From an uncultured Phycisphaeraceae bacterium (lineage in GTDB: Bacteria; Planctomycetota; Phycisphaerae; UBA1845): DNA of 64,000 nt. Every line of letters begins with the position of its first letter. The stretch's first letter is position 1. The DNA is taken from the NCBI GenBank assembly GCA_964526695.1, contig CAZGJA010000091.1, forward strand, positions 82,036 to 146,035. Reading direction: 5' to 3'. Shown one piece after another: positions 29,759-39,660 of the stretch. Both the position numbers and the translations under genes were made by a program. The notes beneath the pieces were generated by a model that was not told where the DNA came from, did not search any database, and saw nothing but the letters and a program-made list of their open reading frames with translations.

Positions 29759-30592
29759 TCACAGGCGCTCGATCAACCTCAGCCCCTCGAACCGCGTGAA
29801 CCAGTTGCCTGTCTCGCGGCAGACCTTCAGATCGCGCAGGGCGTGTTCGTTTTCGAGCTGCGCCTCATCCAGCGCGCGCGGCGCGAGTTGCCAGACGCCG
29901 CCGCGGAAGGGCTCGCGCTTCTCGATGGCCACGATGTGCGCCGGGAGGATGCGCCCGCTGACCCGCGCAACGAGCACGCGGTAGAACGCGACCTGGTGGA
30001 CGTAGCCGAAGGCGCGGATCGCCGCCTCAAACGTGTCGATCTCGTCGCAGGTCTTGAGGTCCACGATCCCCCGGCCGGGAACGGGATTGACCCAGTCGAT
30101 CCGCGCCTGGCAGCGATGCCCGGCGTATTCGCAGCGCACCACGCCCTCCGCGACACCCTCGGAAAACAGTTCCCTGGCGAAGAGATGCTCGCGCACCGCC
30201 GCGGCCATCTGCTCGACCAGCGCCGCCTGCGCATCGCTGAGCACGGGCTTGCTCTGCTTCCCGGCCCATGCGGCAAACGCATTGCTGTTCGATCGGAAGG
30301 GCTTGCCCGTCTTGGCGTTGACGGGTCCGCCGAAGGCGAACTCGCGCTCGTAGCGCTGCCGGCCTTCGAGAATGAGCGTGTGTCCCGCGCGCCCCACGAG
30401 GTAGAACGAGGCGTCGCGTTTGCCGACCAAGCCCAGCTCCATGCGGTGGTAGAGCCGCGGGCAGAGACGAAAGTCCCGCAGCGCATGGGACGTCACGTGG
30501 TCCTTCGCCCTGGCGTGGTAGACCTCCGCCGGCTCGCGAAGGAGGAAGCGCAGGTCGAGTCGGCTCGCGTCCCCTTGAAGCGTGGTGCTCAT
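29759..30592 (-). CDS. PD-(D/E)XK family nuclease (phage exonuclease/Cas4-like)
   Basis: Taken from the internal ATG 30590..30592 (GGAGG SD). RIDWVNPVPGRGIVDLKTCDEID is D...DLK-type. The upstream part of the track ORF is Arg-rich shadow. Confidence 0.55.
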   Translation of the reverse strand: MSTTLQGDASRLDLRFLLREPAEVYHARAKDHVTSHALRDFRLCPRLYHRMELGLVGKRDASFYLVGRAGHTLILEGRQRYEREFAFGGPVNAKTGKPFRSNSNAFAAWAGKQSKPVLSDAQAALVEQMAAAVREHLFARELFSEGVAEGVVRCEYAGHRCQARIDWVNPVPGRGIVDLKTCDEIDTFEAAIRAFGYVHQVAFYRVLVARVSGRILPAHIVAIEKREPFRGGVWQLAPRALDEAQLENEHALRDLKVCRETGNWFTRFEGLRLIERL

Positions 30593-30951
30593 AGACCGGC
30601 CTCCGTAAGCTCCCGCTCGGCGACGTCGTGCGGAGCGAGGCGCTGGCGCAGCGCGTGGGTGTCGATCCGCAGGGGTGGCGCCTCCCGGCGTCGGTTCTGC
30701 TCGACGACAAACTCCGCAATCCACGGGCGACTGGTGTAGAAGCGCCGCCCGATCGACACGTAGCGCAGCTTCACCGTGCCGTGAGCCACGCCCTTGCTGC
30801 ACCAGCGCCAGATCACCGGTCGCGAGGGGCGCTTCCCGCGATGGTTCTTGGGAAAGAGCTTGGCAGCGCTGTCGAGGTCGATAAGGTCTTCCACGGGGGG
30901 GTCGATGGAAAGCCCCGTGTCCAGACCCGGTTCTCGTTGATGAACACTCAT
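30589..30951 (-). CDS. HTH_17/excisionase-like DNA-binding protein
   Basis: LIDLDSAAKLFPKNHRGKRPSRPVIWRWCSKGVAHGTVKLRYVSIGRRFYTSRPWIAEFV is a MerR/Xis-like wHTH. ATGA overlap with the nuclease gene. Confidence 0.5.
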   Translation of the reverse strand: MSVHQREPGLDTGLSIDPPVEDLIDLDSAAKLFPKNHRGKRPSRPVIWRWCSKGVAHGTVKLRYVSIGRRFYTSRPWIAEFVVEQNRRREAPPLRIDTHALRQRLAPHDVAERELTEAGL

Positions 30952-31169
30952 GTTCTCGCACCTGCCTTTTTTCCACGCCTGCGGGCCTCATCGTCCGAGG
31001 TCCGCGAACCCCGGTCCCTCTACCCAAGGGCGTGGTGGTGCATGGGTGGTGCACTCGGTGGTGCAGGCGACGCTCAAACCACGGGCTTTTCTCCGGGGAA
31101 AACCACAATGGAGTGGTGCACGAGTGGTGCATTCGGTGGTGCATGCACCACTTTTGCACCACCTTGGGG
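30952..31169. promoter_or_regulatory. Iteron/operator-like array: 6 direct plus 2 inverted copies of GTGGTGCA
   Basis: ggtggtgcatg, ggtggtgcac, ggtggtgcag (31033..31064). gagtggtgcac, gagtggtgcat, ggtggtgcatg (31112..31143). Inverted tgcaccac copies at 31144..31162. The array lies between the HTH regulator gene end and the xis-like/nuclease operon start. Confidence 0.6.
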
Positions 31170-31742
31170 TCAGGCACCGGTGTCGTCCGGTTCCTCGAGA
31201 GAAGGGTAAGGGCGGGATCGACTCGCAGGCCGCTCCCGAACAGCCATTCGTCGGGCCCGCTGGATTTCCGCCCAGCGACCGACGGTGGTGTGGTGCACGC
31301 CCAAGGCCTCGGCGATCTGCCGGTTGGACCATTCGGGATGATCGCGCACGAGGATGATCGCCCGGCTGACCAACACGGCCTTCGGTTCACGCTTGCAGGG
31401 CGAATGGCGCTGCGCACGCGGCGGAGGGGCCTGGTCAGGATCCAGGCAGATCGTGGACGGGATCTCGGTGACGCCCTGAGCCCGGTGTTGGCGGTATTCC
31501 GCCTCGGGGATCAGCCGGGGACGGCCCTCCTGGTCGACGACGGGGACGAAAGGCAACTCGCCGCTCAACACCGCACGAAGGGTATTCGCGGCTGCCGAAT
31601 CAGGGCTGGAAACGACGATGGAAGCGTCGGCCGATGGCCGCGGGTCCGGCGTAGGCTGCGTCGATCCGCGCGCATAGTCGCTGGGGTTCATGATCGTGCT
31701 TGACCGTTGGCCGCAGCGCGCCTCCCTGCGTCGCGATTCCAT
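31170..31742 (-). CDS. HTH-containing phage regulatory protein
   Basis: AIILVRDHPEWSNRQIAEALGVHHTTVGRWAEIQR is a helix-turn-helix. The start is uncertain (ATG 31742 or 31691). Confidence 0.45.
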   Translation of the reverse strand: MESRRREARCGQRSSTIMNPSDYARGSTQPTPDPRPSADASIVVSSPDSAAANTLRAVLSGELPFVPVVDQEGRPRLIPEAEYRQHRAQGVTEIPSTICLDPDQAPPPRAQRHSPCKREPKAVLVSRAIILVRDHPEWSNRQIAEALGVHHTTVGRWAEIQRARRMAVRERPASRSRPYPSLEEPDDTGA

Positions 31743-31854
31743 GCCCCACTGCGGCGGATCAAGACTCCGGCGGGGAACGAGCGATTGCCCATTCGTCTTA
31801 TGTTAGGTTAGCGTTCGGGCGGATCGGAATCAAGCGCTTTTCAAAGTCATTTCA

Positions 31855-33087
31855 TCATCCGATAACTGTGGCGATCTGCTGGGCCTTTTCCATGTCGCGC
31901 TCAGCGTAGACCGCCTCGGTGACCAGGGCGCTGCTGTGGCCCAGGAGAATCTGCGCGGCCTCCAGGCCGTACTTTTTCCGAATGTCAGTGGCGTAGTTGT
32001 GCCTCAGCTGGTGGGGGTGCCAATGAGGCACACCAGCCTTGGTGCATCCGTAGTCGATGGCGCGGCGGTAGTTCGCTGTGTCGTAGCCGGCCCCCGGAGA
32101 CCGTCTCGGCTCAGTCTTGCAATTCGTGCCAGGGCGATTACCGCAGGAAAGTGGAGTCTTACGGGCTGCGTGGCGGCTCGTTCGGTGCCAGTCCACAGCC
32201 TCGCAAGGACTGAATATGAAAGAGTCGGTTGCCTTTCCGGCGAGGAATCGTTTGATAATCCCCTGCGCCTTGGGACCCAGATAGATCGTGCGTTGCTTGC
32301 CGTGGTAGGAAGTTTTGTGCTCGCGCGGCTCATACAACCACACCTTGCCTGACATGTTGATATCGCAAGGACGGATCCTGCAAACTTCTCCGGACCGCAT
32401 CCCGGTCAACAGCTGAAGGTTTATCATGGCAGCCACTGGAGGCGCCACGACTTTGCGCACCGCAACGACGTGATTCAGGTCGGCAGGGAGGACTCTTCGT
32501 CCCTCGCGGACATCGGTGGAACCGCGCCGCAAAGGCTCAAGAGTTCTCAGCGATTGATAGACGGTGACCGGCAGGAACTCGCGCGAAGCCGCCCACTTGA
32601 AGATCATCCGGATCCGCCCAACCATGTGATTCGTGGTGCTTCGAGACCACGCGATTCGAGGACGCTTTCCTCCTTGATCCGCGATCAGCATGCTCTGGCG
32701 CACAAGGCGCAGGGCGTTGGGTCCGAACGAGGCTGCCGGCGTTTCGCCGAACATCCTGCGTAAGAGCCGTATAGCCATCTCGAAGGCACGTTGCTCACCT
32801 GATACGTATCGCGGAACCACCTCCTCTCGAAACGCATGACACACTTGTGACACCGTCGGTCCGTGGGCCGACGAGCGATCGATCTGCGCACGAGAGAGCC
32901 GACGCCCGCGTGATTCCCACTCAGCGAGAATCCGTGCAAACTTCTCGCGGCTCTCGGCGCTGCCGAACTCGCCGAGCCAATAATCCCTGATCTTTCTTGT
33001 GTCTTGATCGAAGAGCCGCACATACGCGATGTCGCGTCCGCGGATGGAGCGGTGCCGGTACGCCGGCGGTCGTTGAAGCCTGGCCAT
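31855..33087 (-). CDS. int: Tyrosine recombinase (phage integrase)
   Basis: C-terminal catalytic signature HQLRHNYATDI...LLGHSSALVTEAVY (R..HxxR..Y). Adjacent to the tRNA-Lys 3' end. The start is taken at ATG 33085..33087. Confidence 0.85.
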   Translation of the reverse strand: MARLQRPPAYRHRSIRGRDIAYVRLFDQDTRKIRDYWLGEFGSAESREKFARILAEWESRGRRLSRAQIDRSSAHGPTVSQVCHAFREEVVPRYVSGEQRAFEMAIRLLRRMFGETPAASFGPNALRLVRQSMLIADQGGKRPRIAWSRSTTNHMVGRIRMIFKWAASREFLPVTVYQSLRTLEPLRRGSTDVREGRRVLPADLNHVVAVRKVVAPPVAAMINLQLLTGMRSGEVCRIRPCDINMSGKVWLYEPREHKTSYHGKQRTIYLGPKAQGIIKRFLAGKATDSFIFSPCEAVDWHRTSRHAARKTPLSCGNRPGTNCKTEPRRSPGAGYDTANYRRAIDYGCTKAGVPHWHPHQLRHNYATDIRKKYGLEAAQILLGHSSALVTEAVYAERDMEKAQQIATVIG

Positions 33088-33198
33088 GAGTCGAATCTCC
33101 GAAAAGGGGAGCGCGCTCCCCCAATTTTCGAGCGATTCGCCACATCGGCCTTGAAGGCAGGTTGACGCAACGTGCGTCACTGGCGTGAGTTACAACAC

Positions 33199-33271
<73 letters not shown>

Positions 33272-33366
33272 AAGGATAAGAGCGGGGCAGTTTAGCAGGG
33301 CGGGCGGCGGTTTCAAGCGCCGGCGATGGAGAAAGCAACCGTCGGATCCGTGGCACTTTTGGCGGC

Positions 33367-34859
33367 TTGACTTGTGGCAGGATGGAAGCCGTGGGGCCGG
33401 CTTGGGATGGCGGGCCCGGATGGATGCAGGTGGCTTCAGGGAGGAAGCACGTCATGCCGTCACGGACGACACGTCAGGAAGCTCGGGCGCGGATTCTCGC
33501 GACGTTTCGCGCGCCGTTGGATCGGATGATTCCGGAAGACGAGCACGTCCCGCTCAAAGGGGCGACCTTTGCCGATTTCGAGGATCAGGCGGAGGCGTTG
33601 GCGCAGGCGGCGTTGCCGGTGGTTCTGGAGGAACGTGCGGCGCTGGAGCCCAGCGCCGAGGTGCGGGCCGGGGGTTCTGTCCGCACGGCGGTTCGCCGCG
33701 GACGTACTTGAGGAAGCAAGCGACGCAACCGGAGAGGCGCTCGCTTCACGGTCCGGTGGTGCTGCCCCATCAGCAGGCCCGGTGCCGCGCGTGCGGCGGC
33801 TCTTTTTCCCCCTCAGGTTCGTGACTGGGGATTGCCGGCGGAAGTTCTCCTGACGCCTCGCGCGGCGCGGCGGGTGGCCCGGGAAGGTTCGCTGCACACG
33901 TTCGATCAGGCGGCGTTGGCGCTCAAAGAGGATTGGGGGACGCACCTGGACGGCAAGCAGATTCAGCGTGGGTCGGAAGCGATGGGCCGCAGGGTGTTGC
34001 GGCAGCGCGAGCAGGAAGGGCGTGCGTACGAGCAGGGCTGCCGACCGGCCTCACCGCCGAACGCGCTGGCGCTGCGGGTGATCGGGATGGACGGCGGTCG
34101 CGTGCAAACCCGTGAAAAACAAGGTGAAAACGGCAGTCGCGGGCGCGAGGACAAGGTGTGCGCCGTCACGTCGTATCTGCCTGGGGACGGAACGCCGGAG
34201 CATCCGCCGGCGCCGCTGGTGACCCCGTACGTCGCCACGATGGAGAAGACGGAGGCCTTCGGCCGGATGGTGCACGTCGAAGCGGAACGACGGGGGATGC
34301 GGCAAACCGGCACGGTGCGGGTGATGGGCGATGGCGGCAACTGGATCGATCCGCTCAGCGATCGGGAGCGTCTGCACGATCGACGCCTCGTGGACTATGA
34401 CCATGCCGTGGAACATCTCCATGAAGCGGCGCGGGCGGCGCTGGGCAAGAACACGCCGCAGGCGTCGACGTGGGCGGAGCACCAGGAAGACGCGCTGCGG
34501 AACGGGCGGCTGGACTCCGTGATCACGAGCTTGAAGGCGCACGCGGAACGACTCGGCCCGCCGCAATCCGGCGACTCCCCGAGCACCCGCGCCGCGTGCT
34601 GGCGGGCAACGTCGGTTACTTCCAAACCCATCGGCACCCCATGGATTACCCGACGTTCCAGAACGAGGGTTGGCCGATCGGGTCAGGCGTCACCGAATCG
34701 GCGGTCAAACTGCTCACCAAACGCGTGAAGCGGACCGAGCAGTACTGGAATGTGCCGGGCGCGGAGGCCACCCTCGCCCTTCGCGCCCTCTGGCTCTCGA
34801 TGGACGGTCGTTGGGAAAGGTACTGGAATACCCGACCCGCATACCCCAAGGCCGCCTGA
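33367..34859 (+). pseudogene. ISKra4-family transposase remnant (an in-frame stop plus a frameshift)
   Basis: Three consecutive ORF pieces (33367..33711 and 33832..34728 in the same frame, 34470..34859 shifted by one). The last carries YFQTHRHPMDYPTFQNEGWPIGSGVTESAVKLLTKRVKRTEQYWN...LALRALWLS, which is ISKra4-like C-terminal. Confidence 0.5.
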
Positions 34860-35288
34860 ACTGTCACGGACCCCGAATAGCTGGGCTATTCTCGGCTGCC
34901 CCTCCGGGGCACAGAACCTCCCGACGATTGCCCTGCACCCTCGTAATATCATGCCATTCCAAAACCCGGCAACCGGAGACTCGGTTCAACGCTTTGGCAA
35001 GGCGGATTGGACCGCGTCTGCGCGAGGGGGGACGGTTGCCATGCCCGACTTTCGTTTCCACCACGGCCTGCTTGGGCGCGGGTCTGCATCCGCGGACTGG
35101 TCGCCCGCGCAGGGGATCGCACGCCTCAGAGGTGAATCGCGGTCCGACGTGCTCGCCACGGCCTGTTCCCGCCTGCGCGGGAACGACAAAGTACGCCAGA
35201 CCGTGCCATACTGATAAGAGGCCAGAAAGAGGCTGCCCTGCGGATACCCCGGCGCCATGCGAAACCCCGTTGGCGGAAGGGCGCGCCT

Positions 35289-35300
35289 TTTGCTATAATG
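35289..35300 (+). promoter_or_regulatory. Extended -10 promoter (TGcTATAAT) upstream of the carboxypeptidase
   Basis: tgctataat at 35291..35299, about 120 nt upstream of ATG 35418. Confidence 0.35.
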
Positions 35301-35417
35301 CGGTGGTTTCTCGCCAAAGGCATCGACCCGGTCGCCGGCCAGGGGGACATGCGTCGCGACGAGCGGCGCGGTATCGGCGTCCGGTTTCGGCATACCTGCC
35401 AGAAGGGAGTGGTCGTG

Positions 35418-37760
35418 ATGTTCCGTGGACAGCGAATCATGATGGGGCTCGTGTCGGCGCTGCTGCTGGGGGCGGCGCTAAGTCCGGCGTTAGCGGACCG
35501 GCTGACGTATGAAGGGCACAAGTGGGTGCGGGTGGATTTGAGCGATCCGGCCGAGTGGGGGCGCTTTGCCTCCCTGACCGGCGGGACGTGGACGACGATG
35601 GAATGCCACCCGCCGTCCTCGGCCGCTCCGCTCGATGTCGAAGTCTCGCCCGCCGAGCTTGCACAGCTCGACCAGTGGGGCTTCCGCTACGACGTGGTGG
35701 TCGGCGATCTGGGCCCGCTCGTGGCGGAGAACTACGAGCAACACGCCGCGTCGGCGTTCTTCGACGATTATCGCCCGTTGGATCAGGTCATCGCCCAGAT
35801 GAACACGCTGGCGGCGACGTACCCCGGCTTCGTGTCGGTGGTGGACGTGGGCAACACCATCGAGAATCGCGACATCTTCGCCATGAGAATCACCAGCCCC
35901 GGCGGACCGCCGAACAAGCCCATCATTTTCTACCACGGCGGACAGCACGCGCGCGAGTGGATCAACATCCCCGTGCCCATGTACGTCGCCGACTGGCTGC
36001 TGCGCAACTACGGGATCGACAGCCAGGCCACGCGCCTGCTGGACAACGTCGAGTGGCTCATCGTGCCGTGCATGAACCCCGACGGATATGCGTACACGTG
36101 GTCGAGCGACCGCATGTGGCGCAAGAACCGGCGCAACAACGGCGGGGGGTCGTTCGGCGTGGACCTCAACCGCAACTGGGGGCACGGGTGGGGCGGCGAG
36201 GGCAGCAGCAGCGACCCGAGCAGCGAAATCTATCGCGGCCCCAGCGCGTTCTCCGAGCCGGAAACGCAGGCCATGCGCGATGTCGTGCTGAATAACTCTC
36301 GCGTTCGCGCCTACTTGGACTACCACAGTTACTCGCAGCTCGTCATGTACCCGTGGGGCTACACCAGCGCGCGGTGCCCGGACGACGCCGAGTTCAACGA
36401 CCTGACCGGGCAGATGTCGTCGCTGATCCGCGGCGTGCACGGCATGAACTATGTGTTCGGTCCCATCTATTCGACGATCTACCCGGCGTCGGGCGTGTCG
36501 GTGGATTGGGTGTACGGGGCGAACCTCGCACAACGTAAGATCATGGCGCTTACCATCGAGCTGCGCGACACGGGCAACTATGGGTTTCTCCTGCCCAAGG
36601 AGCAGATCATTCCGACGTGCGAGGAGAACCTGCCCGCCGCGCTGCTTCATGCCGATTGGATCAGCCGCGCGCTGCGCGTCGCCATCCTGAACGTCCCCGA
36701 CAACGTTCCACCGGGCCAGGGCGTGAACATCGATGCGTCGGTGGAGGAACTGGGCGACACGTTCTCCGGGGACATTTCGCTGTACTACCGTTTTGGCGGG
36801 AGCGGCAACTTCACCCGGACCGGCATGGCGCCGTCCGGCGGGAATTACCGCGGCACTATCCCCGGCGGTTCGTGCGGGCAGTCGGTTCAGCTTTACGTGA
36901 CCGCCACGTCCGACGGCGGCATCGAGGTCAGCGATCCGCTTGATGCGCCGGGCTCGACGTATTCGTACAGCGTGGTTAACGAGACCATCGCGTTCGAAGA
37001 CAATTTCCAGACCGACAAGCTCTGGACGGTGCAGAATGAAAACCTCTCCGACGGCGCCTGGCAGCGCGGCGTTCCCGCCGGCGACGGCTCGCGCGGCGAC
37101 CCGACCAGCGACGGCGACGGCTCAGGCATGTGCTATCTGACCGCCAATCGCTCGGGCAACTCCGACGTGGACGGCGGCCCGACTCATCTGATATCGCCGA
37201 CGCTCGACCTCTCGGACGGGCGGGACTACTCGATCGGCTACGATCGCTGGTTCACCAACGACGACCGCGACGTTGACCGGCTTACGGTGGCCGTCTCCAA
37301 CAACAACGGCACGTCGTGGACCACCGTCGAAAGTCTCGGGCACTTCGGCGGATGGGTGTCGCACAGCTTCCGCGTGGCCGACTTCGTTGCGCCGACGGCG
37401 ACGGTGAAGGTGCGGTTCAGCGCCGTGGACAACCCGAACGACTCGGTCACGGAATCGGGCATCGATGGGTTCAAGGTGAACGCGACGGACTGCGGCGGCG
37501 GGGGGGGCATCCCCTGCACCGACATCGTCAAGCTGACCGGCAAGTGCCGTGACAACGGCGCGATCATCTCCAAGGTGGTGCTCGTCAATGAAAGCCACAG
37601 CGGGGAGACCGTGGTCATCAGCATCGACGGCGTGCCCAACGACGTGACCATCTCCGGTCGCCGGGCCAAGCTGTCGCGCTGCTGCTACAGCGGGACGCAC
37701 ACCGTGTCGCTCGACGACCCGGCCGGCTGCGTCAACCCGAGGCAGGTGGGCTGCCCGTGA
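35418..37760 (+). CDS. Secreted M14 zinc carboxypeptidase with C-terminal jellyroll/extra domains
   Basis: AGGGAG SD. The signal peptide is MFRGQRIMMGLVSALLLGAALSPALA. M14 motifs: HAREWI, NPDGY, YLDYHSYSQ, ELRD. Confidence 0.8.
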   Translation: MFRGQRIMMGLVSALLLGAALSPALADRLTYEGHKWVRVDLSDPAEWGRFASLTGGTWTTMECHPPSSAAPLDVEVSPAELAQLDQWGFRYDVVVGDLGPLVAENYEQHAASAFFDDYRPLDQVIAQMNTLAATYPGFVSVVDVGNTIENRDIFAMRITSPGGPPNKPIIFYHGGQHAREWINIPVPMYVADWLLRNYGIDSQATRLLDNVEWLIVPCMNPDGYAYTWSSDRMWRKNRRNNGGGSFGVDLNRNWGHGWGGEGSSSDPSSEIYRGPSAFSEPETQAMRDVVLNNSRVRAYLDYHSYSQLVMYPWGYTSARCPDDAEFNDLTGQMSSLIRGVHGMNYVFGPIYSTIYPASGVSVDWVYGANLAQRKIMALTIELRDTGNYGFLLPKEQIIPTCEENLPAALLHADWISRALRVAILNVPDNVPPGQGVNIDASVEELGDTFSGDISLYYRFGGSGNFTRTGMAPSGGNYRGTIPGGSCGQSVQLYVTATSDGGIEVSDPLDAPGSTYSYSVVNETIAFEDNFQTDKLWTVQNENLSDGAWQRGVPAGDGSRGDPTSDGDGSGMCYLTANRSGNSDVDGGPTHLISPTLDLSDGRDYSIGYDRWFTNDDRDVDRLTVAVSNNNGTSWTTVESLGHFGGWVSHSFRVADFVAPTATVKVRFSAVDNPNDSVTESGIDGFKVNATDCGGGGGIPCTDIVKLTGKCRDNGAIISKVVLVNESHSGETVVISIDGVPNDVTISGRRAKLSRCCYSGTHTVSLDDPAGCVNPRQVGCP

Positions 37761-37978
37761 CGAAGGCGCTCGGGCATGGCGATCTCGCTGAAGTGAAGGC
37801 CGCCCGCTGAGGCTCGAGATGCCGCGGTCGCAAGCCGGAGGCTCAAGGCCGCCGGTTGCAGGCCGGGCGTCACAGATCCGGCGTTACAGGCCGAGGAAAA
37901 ACACAACGACCCCGCGCGGCGGAAACACCCGGTGCGCGGGGTCGTGCCTTATCGGGATGGAGCGCGGCGTTGCCGCGC

Positions 37979-38335
37979 GGAGATACCCGGCGTCGCCGCA
38001 CGGACATATGCAGCGTCGCCGCACGCACATATGCTGCGTCGCCGCCCGGCCAAATCCTGCGTCGCCGCCCGGCCATGCGAGGCGGACGCTCCACCTTCGG
38101 AAACCAGCCCGAAACAAAGTGCGCACCCTTTCGCCCTCGCTTGCGCTTCGGGTTCTGAACCCGTAGCGCCAGCGAGGGATCCACCTCGGAACCCGTAGCG
38201 CCAGCGAGGGAGCCAATTCCGTACCCGATGTCGCAGCCTGATCCAGATCGCTCGCGTCGCTGGCCATGACGCCGAGACCGGACCGCGTCGGTCATGCCGG
38301 ACCGCGTCGGTCATGCCGGACCGCGGTGGCCCTGC
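37979..38335. repeat. Repeat-rich intergenic region (three different short tandem/inverted repeat sets)
   Basis: gcgtcgccgcac(g/a)(g/c)acatatgc(a/t) appears twice, then gcgtcgccgcccggcca twice. There is a 22-bp imperfect palindrome ccctcgcttgcgcttcgggttc/gaacccgtagcgccagcgaggg plus a second direct copy. There are also 19-nt tandem units ccggaccgcg(t/g)(c/t)ggtc(a/c)(t/c)g repeated 4 to 5 times. Confidence 0.7.
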
Positions 38336-38426
38336 CGGGCCGTGGCGGTCCTGCCGGGTCGCTTCGACAATGCGGACGTGGGTGTTGTACAATCCGAAGG
38401 GGGGCAACGGCTGAAGGGAACCTGAC

Positions 38427-38891
38427 ATGATCCGATTCCAAAACATCCTGCTGCCGACGGATTTCTCTCCGCTTTCGCGTCATGCCGTGCCCTTCGCACG
38501 ATCCGTCGCCGAGATGTACGGCGCCTCGCTGCACCTGATTCACGTGATGACGCCGGAGGTTCAGCCCTTTCCCGCGCCGGACATCGGCATGGGCGTGCTG
38601 GCATTGCCGCCGGACGAGGGGCTGGCGCGAAAAGCCCTGGATGATTTCGCGGCGGAGACGCTGGCGGGGTGCACCCTGAAGATCGTCAAGGAAGCTTGTG
38701 TCGGCTCGCCCGTCTCCGAGATCACGCGATATGCGTGCCGGCAGCACATCGACCTGATCGTCATCGGCACTCACGCGCGCGGCGTCGTCACGCGCATCTT
38801 CCTCGGCTCCGTCAGCAAGGCCGTCATGGAACACGCGCCGTGCGCCGTGCTGATGGTTCCGATGAGGGCCTCGGAAGACAGCGCGGGCTGA
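38427..38891 (+). CDS. Universal stress protein UspA family
   Basis: ILLPTDFS...HLIHV...DLIVIGTHARG...GSVS..V...APCAVLMV is typical of Usp. Confidence 0.8.
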   Translation: MIRFQNILLPTDFSPLSRHAVPFARSVAEMYGASLHLIHVMTPEVQPFPAPDIGMGVLALPPDEGLARKALDDFAAETLAGCTLKIVKEACVGSPVSEITRYACRQHIDLIVIGTHARGVVTRIFLGSVSKAVMEHAPCAVLMVPMRASEDSAG

Positions 38892-38994
38892 GCAGGCGCG
38901 GCCCGAAGCAGCACGGGTCTTGCCCGGAAGTCACGGGTTGGCAGCAGTGGACCCTTGGATTGCGCGGATGCGCTGTCGTTGTGCTTGGCGCCAC

Positions 38995-39025
38995 GGCCTG
39001 GCGAGTACGCCAGACCGTGCCACCC
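38995..39025. repeat. REP-like dispersed palindromic element copy
   Basis: ggcctggcgagtacgccagaccgtgccaccc is the reverse complement of 57921..57955. Related copies are at 35190..35209 and in the 39661..39905 array. Confidence 0.7.
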
Positions 39026-39055
39026 AGGCGCCGCCGGGCTCCGCCCCTTCTCTGC

Positions 39056-39556
39056 TCAGCCCTTCGCCGTCTTCAGCCCCATGACGCGCGCGCTGGGCGA
39101 TGCGATTCGCACCTGCTTCTGCGGTCCGACGATCTTGGCCACTTCTTCCGGCGACTTGCCGGCGTCCTCGGCGACGTGGCGCGCCTGCGGCTCGGAGACT
39201 TCCTCGACGACGAGCGTGCCGCGCACGCTGGCTTGAAGCCCGACGGCCTCCATCGGAATGAGCCGCCCCTCAATCGGGCAGGTGAACCGCACGAACAGCG
39301 TCTGACCGTCCTTCTCGCCGGCCAGCGCCATCCAGCATCCGCGCATCTTGCACACCTCGGCCACCTTTCCGGTGACTTGGATGGTCTTGTCCTTGTAGGC
39401 GTCCGGATGCGCGAGCACGGTGGCGACGCTCAGCTCATCGCCCGCCGCGGACTGAAACGGCTCCCCGAAATCCACATGGTTCGCCGACCCGGCGCACCCG
39501 GCGAACAGCATGGCCGACATTCCCACGACGCTGGCAATCAACGCTCGACAAATCAC
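39056..39556 (-). CDS. DUF4920-like lipoprotein
   Basis: GTG start at 39554..39556 with AAGGAG SD. The lipoprotein signal is MICRALIASVVGMSAMLFAGC. The sequence contains VTGKVAEVCKMRGCWMALAG. Confidence 0.55.
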   Translation of the reverse strand: MICRALIASVVGMSAMLFAGCAGSANHVDFGEPFQSAAGDELSVATVLAHPDAYKDKTIQVTGKVAEVCKMRGCWMALAGEKDGQTLFVRFTCPIEGRLIPMEAVGLQASVRGTLVVEEVSEPQARHVAEDAGKSPEEVAKIVGPQKQVRIASPSARVMGLKTAKG

Positions 39557-39660
39557 GGAGTTGCTCCTTTCGAAAACCTGCGGCCCTATTCTCCATAAGA
39601 GCATAGCGGAAAGCGCAGTTTCGCCAAGTTGTCCGAGATGGCCCATGCAGAAAGCGGTTG

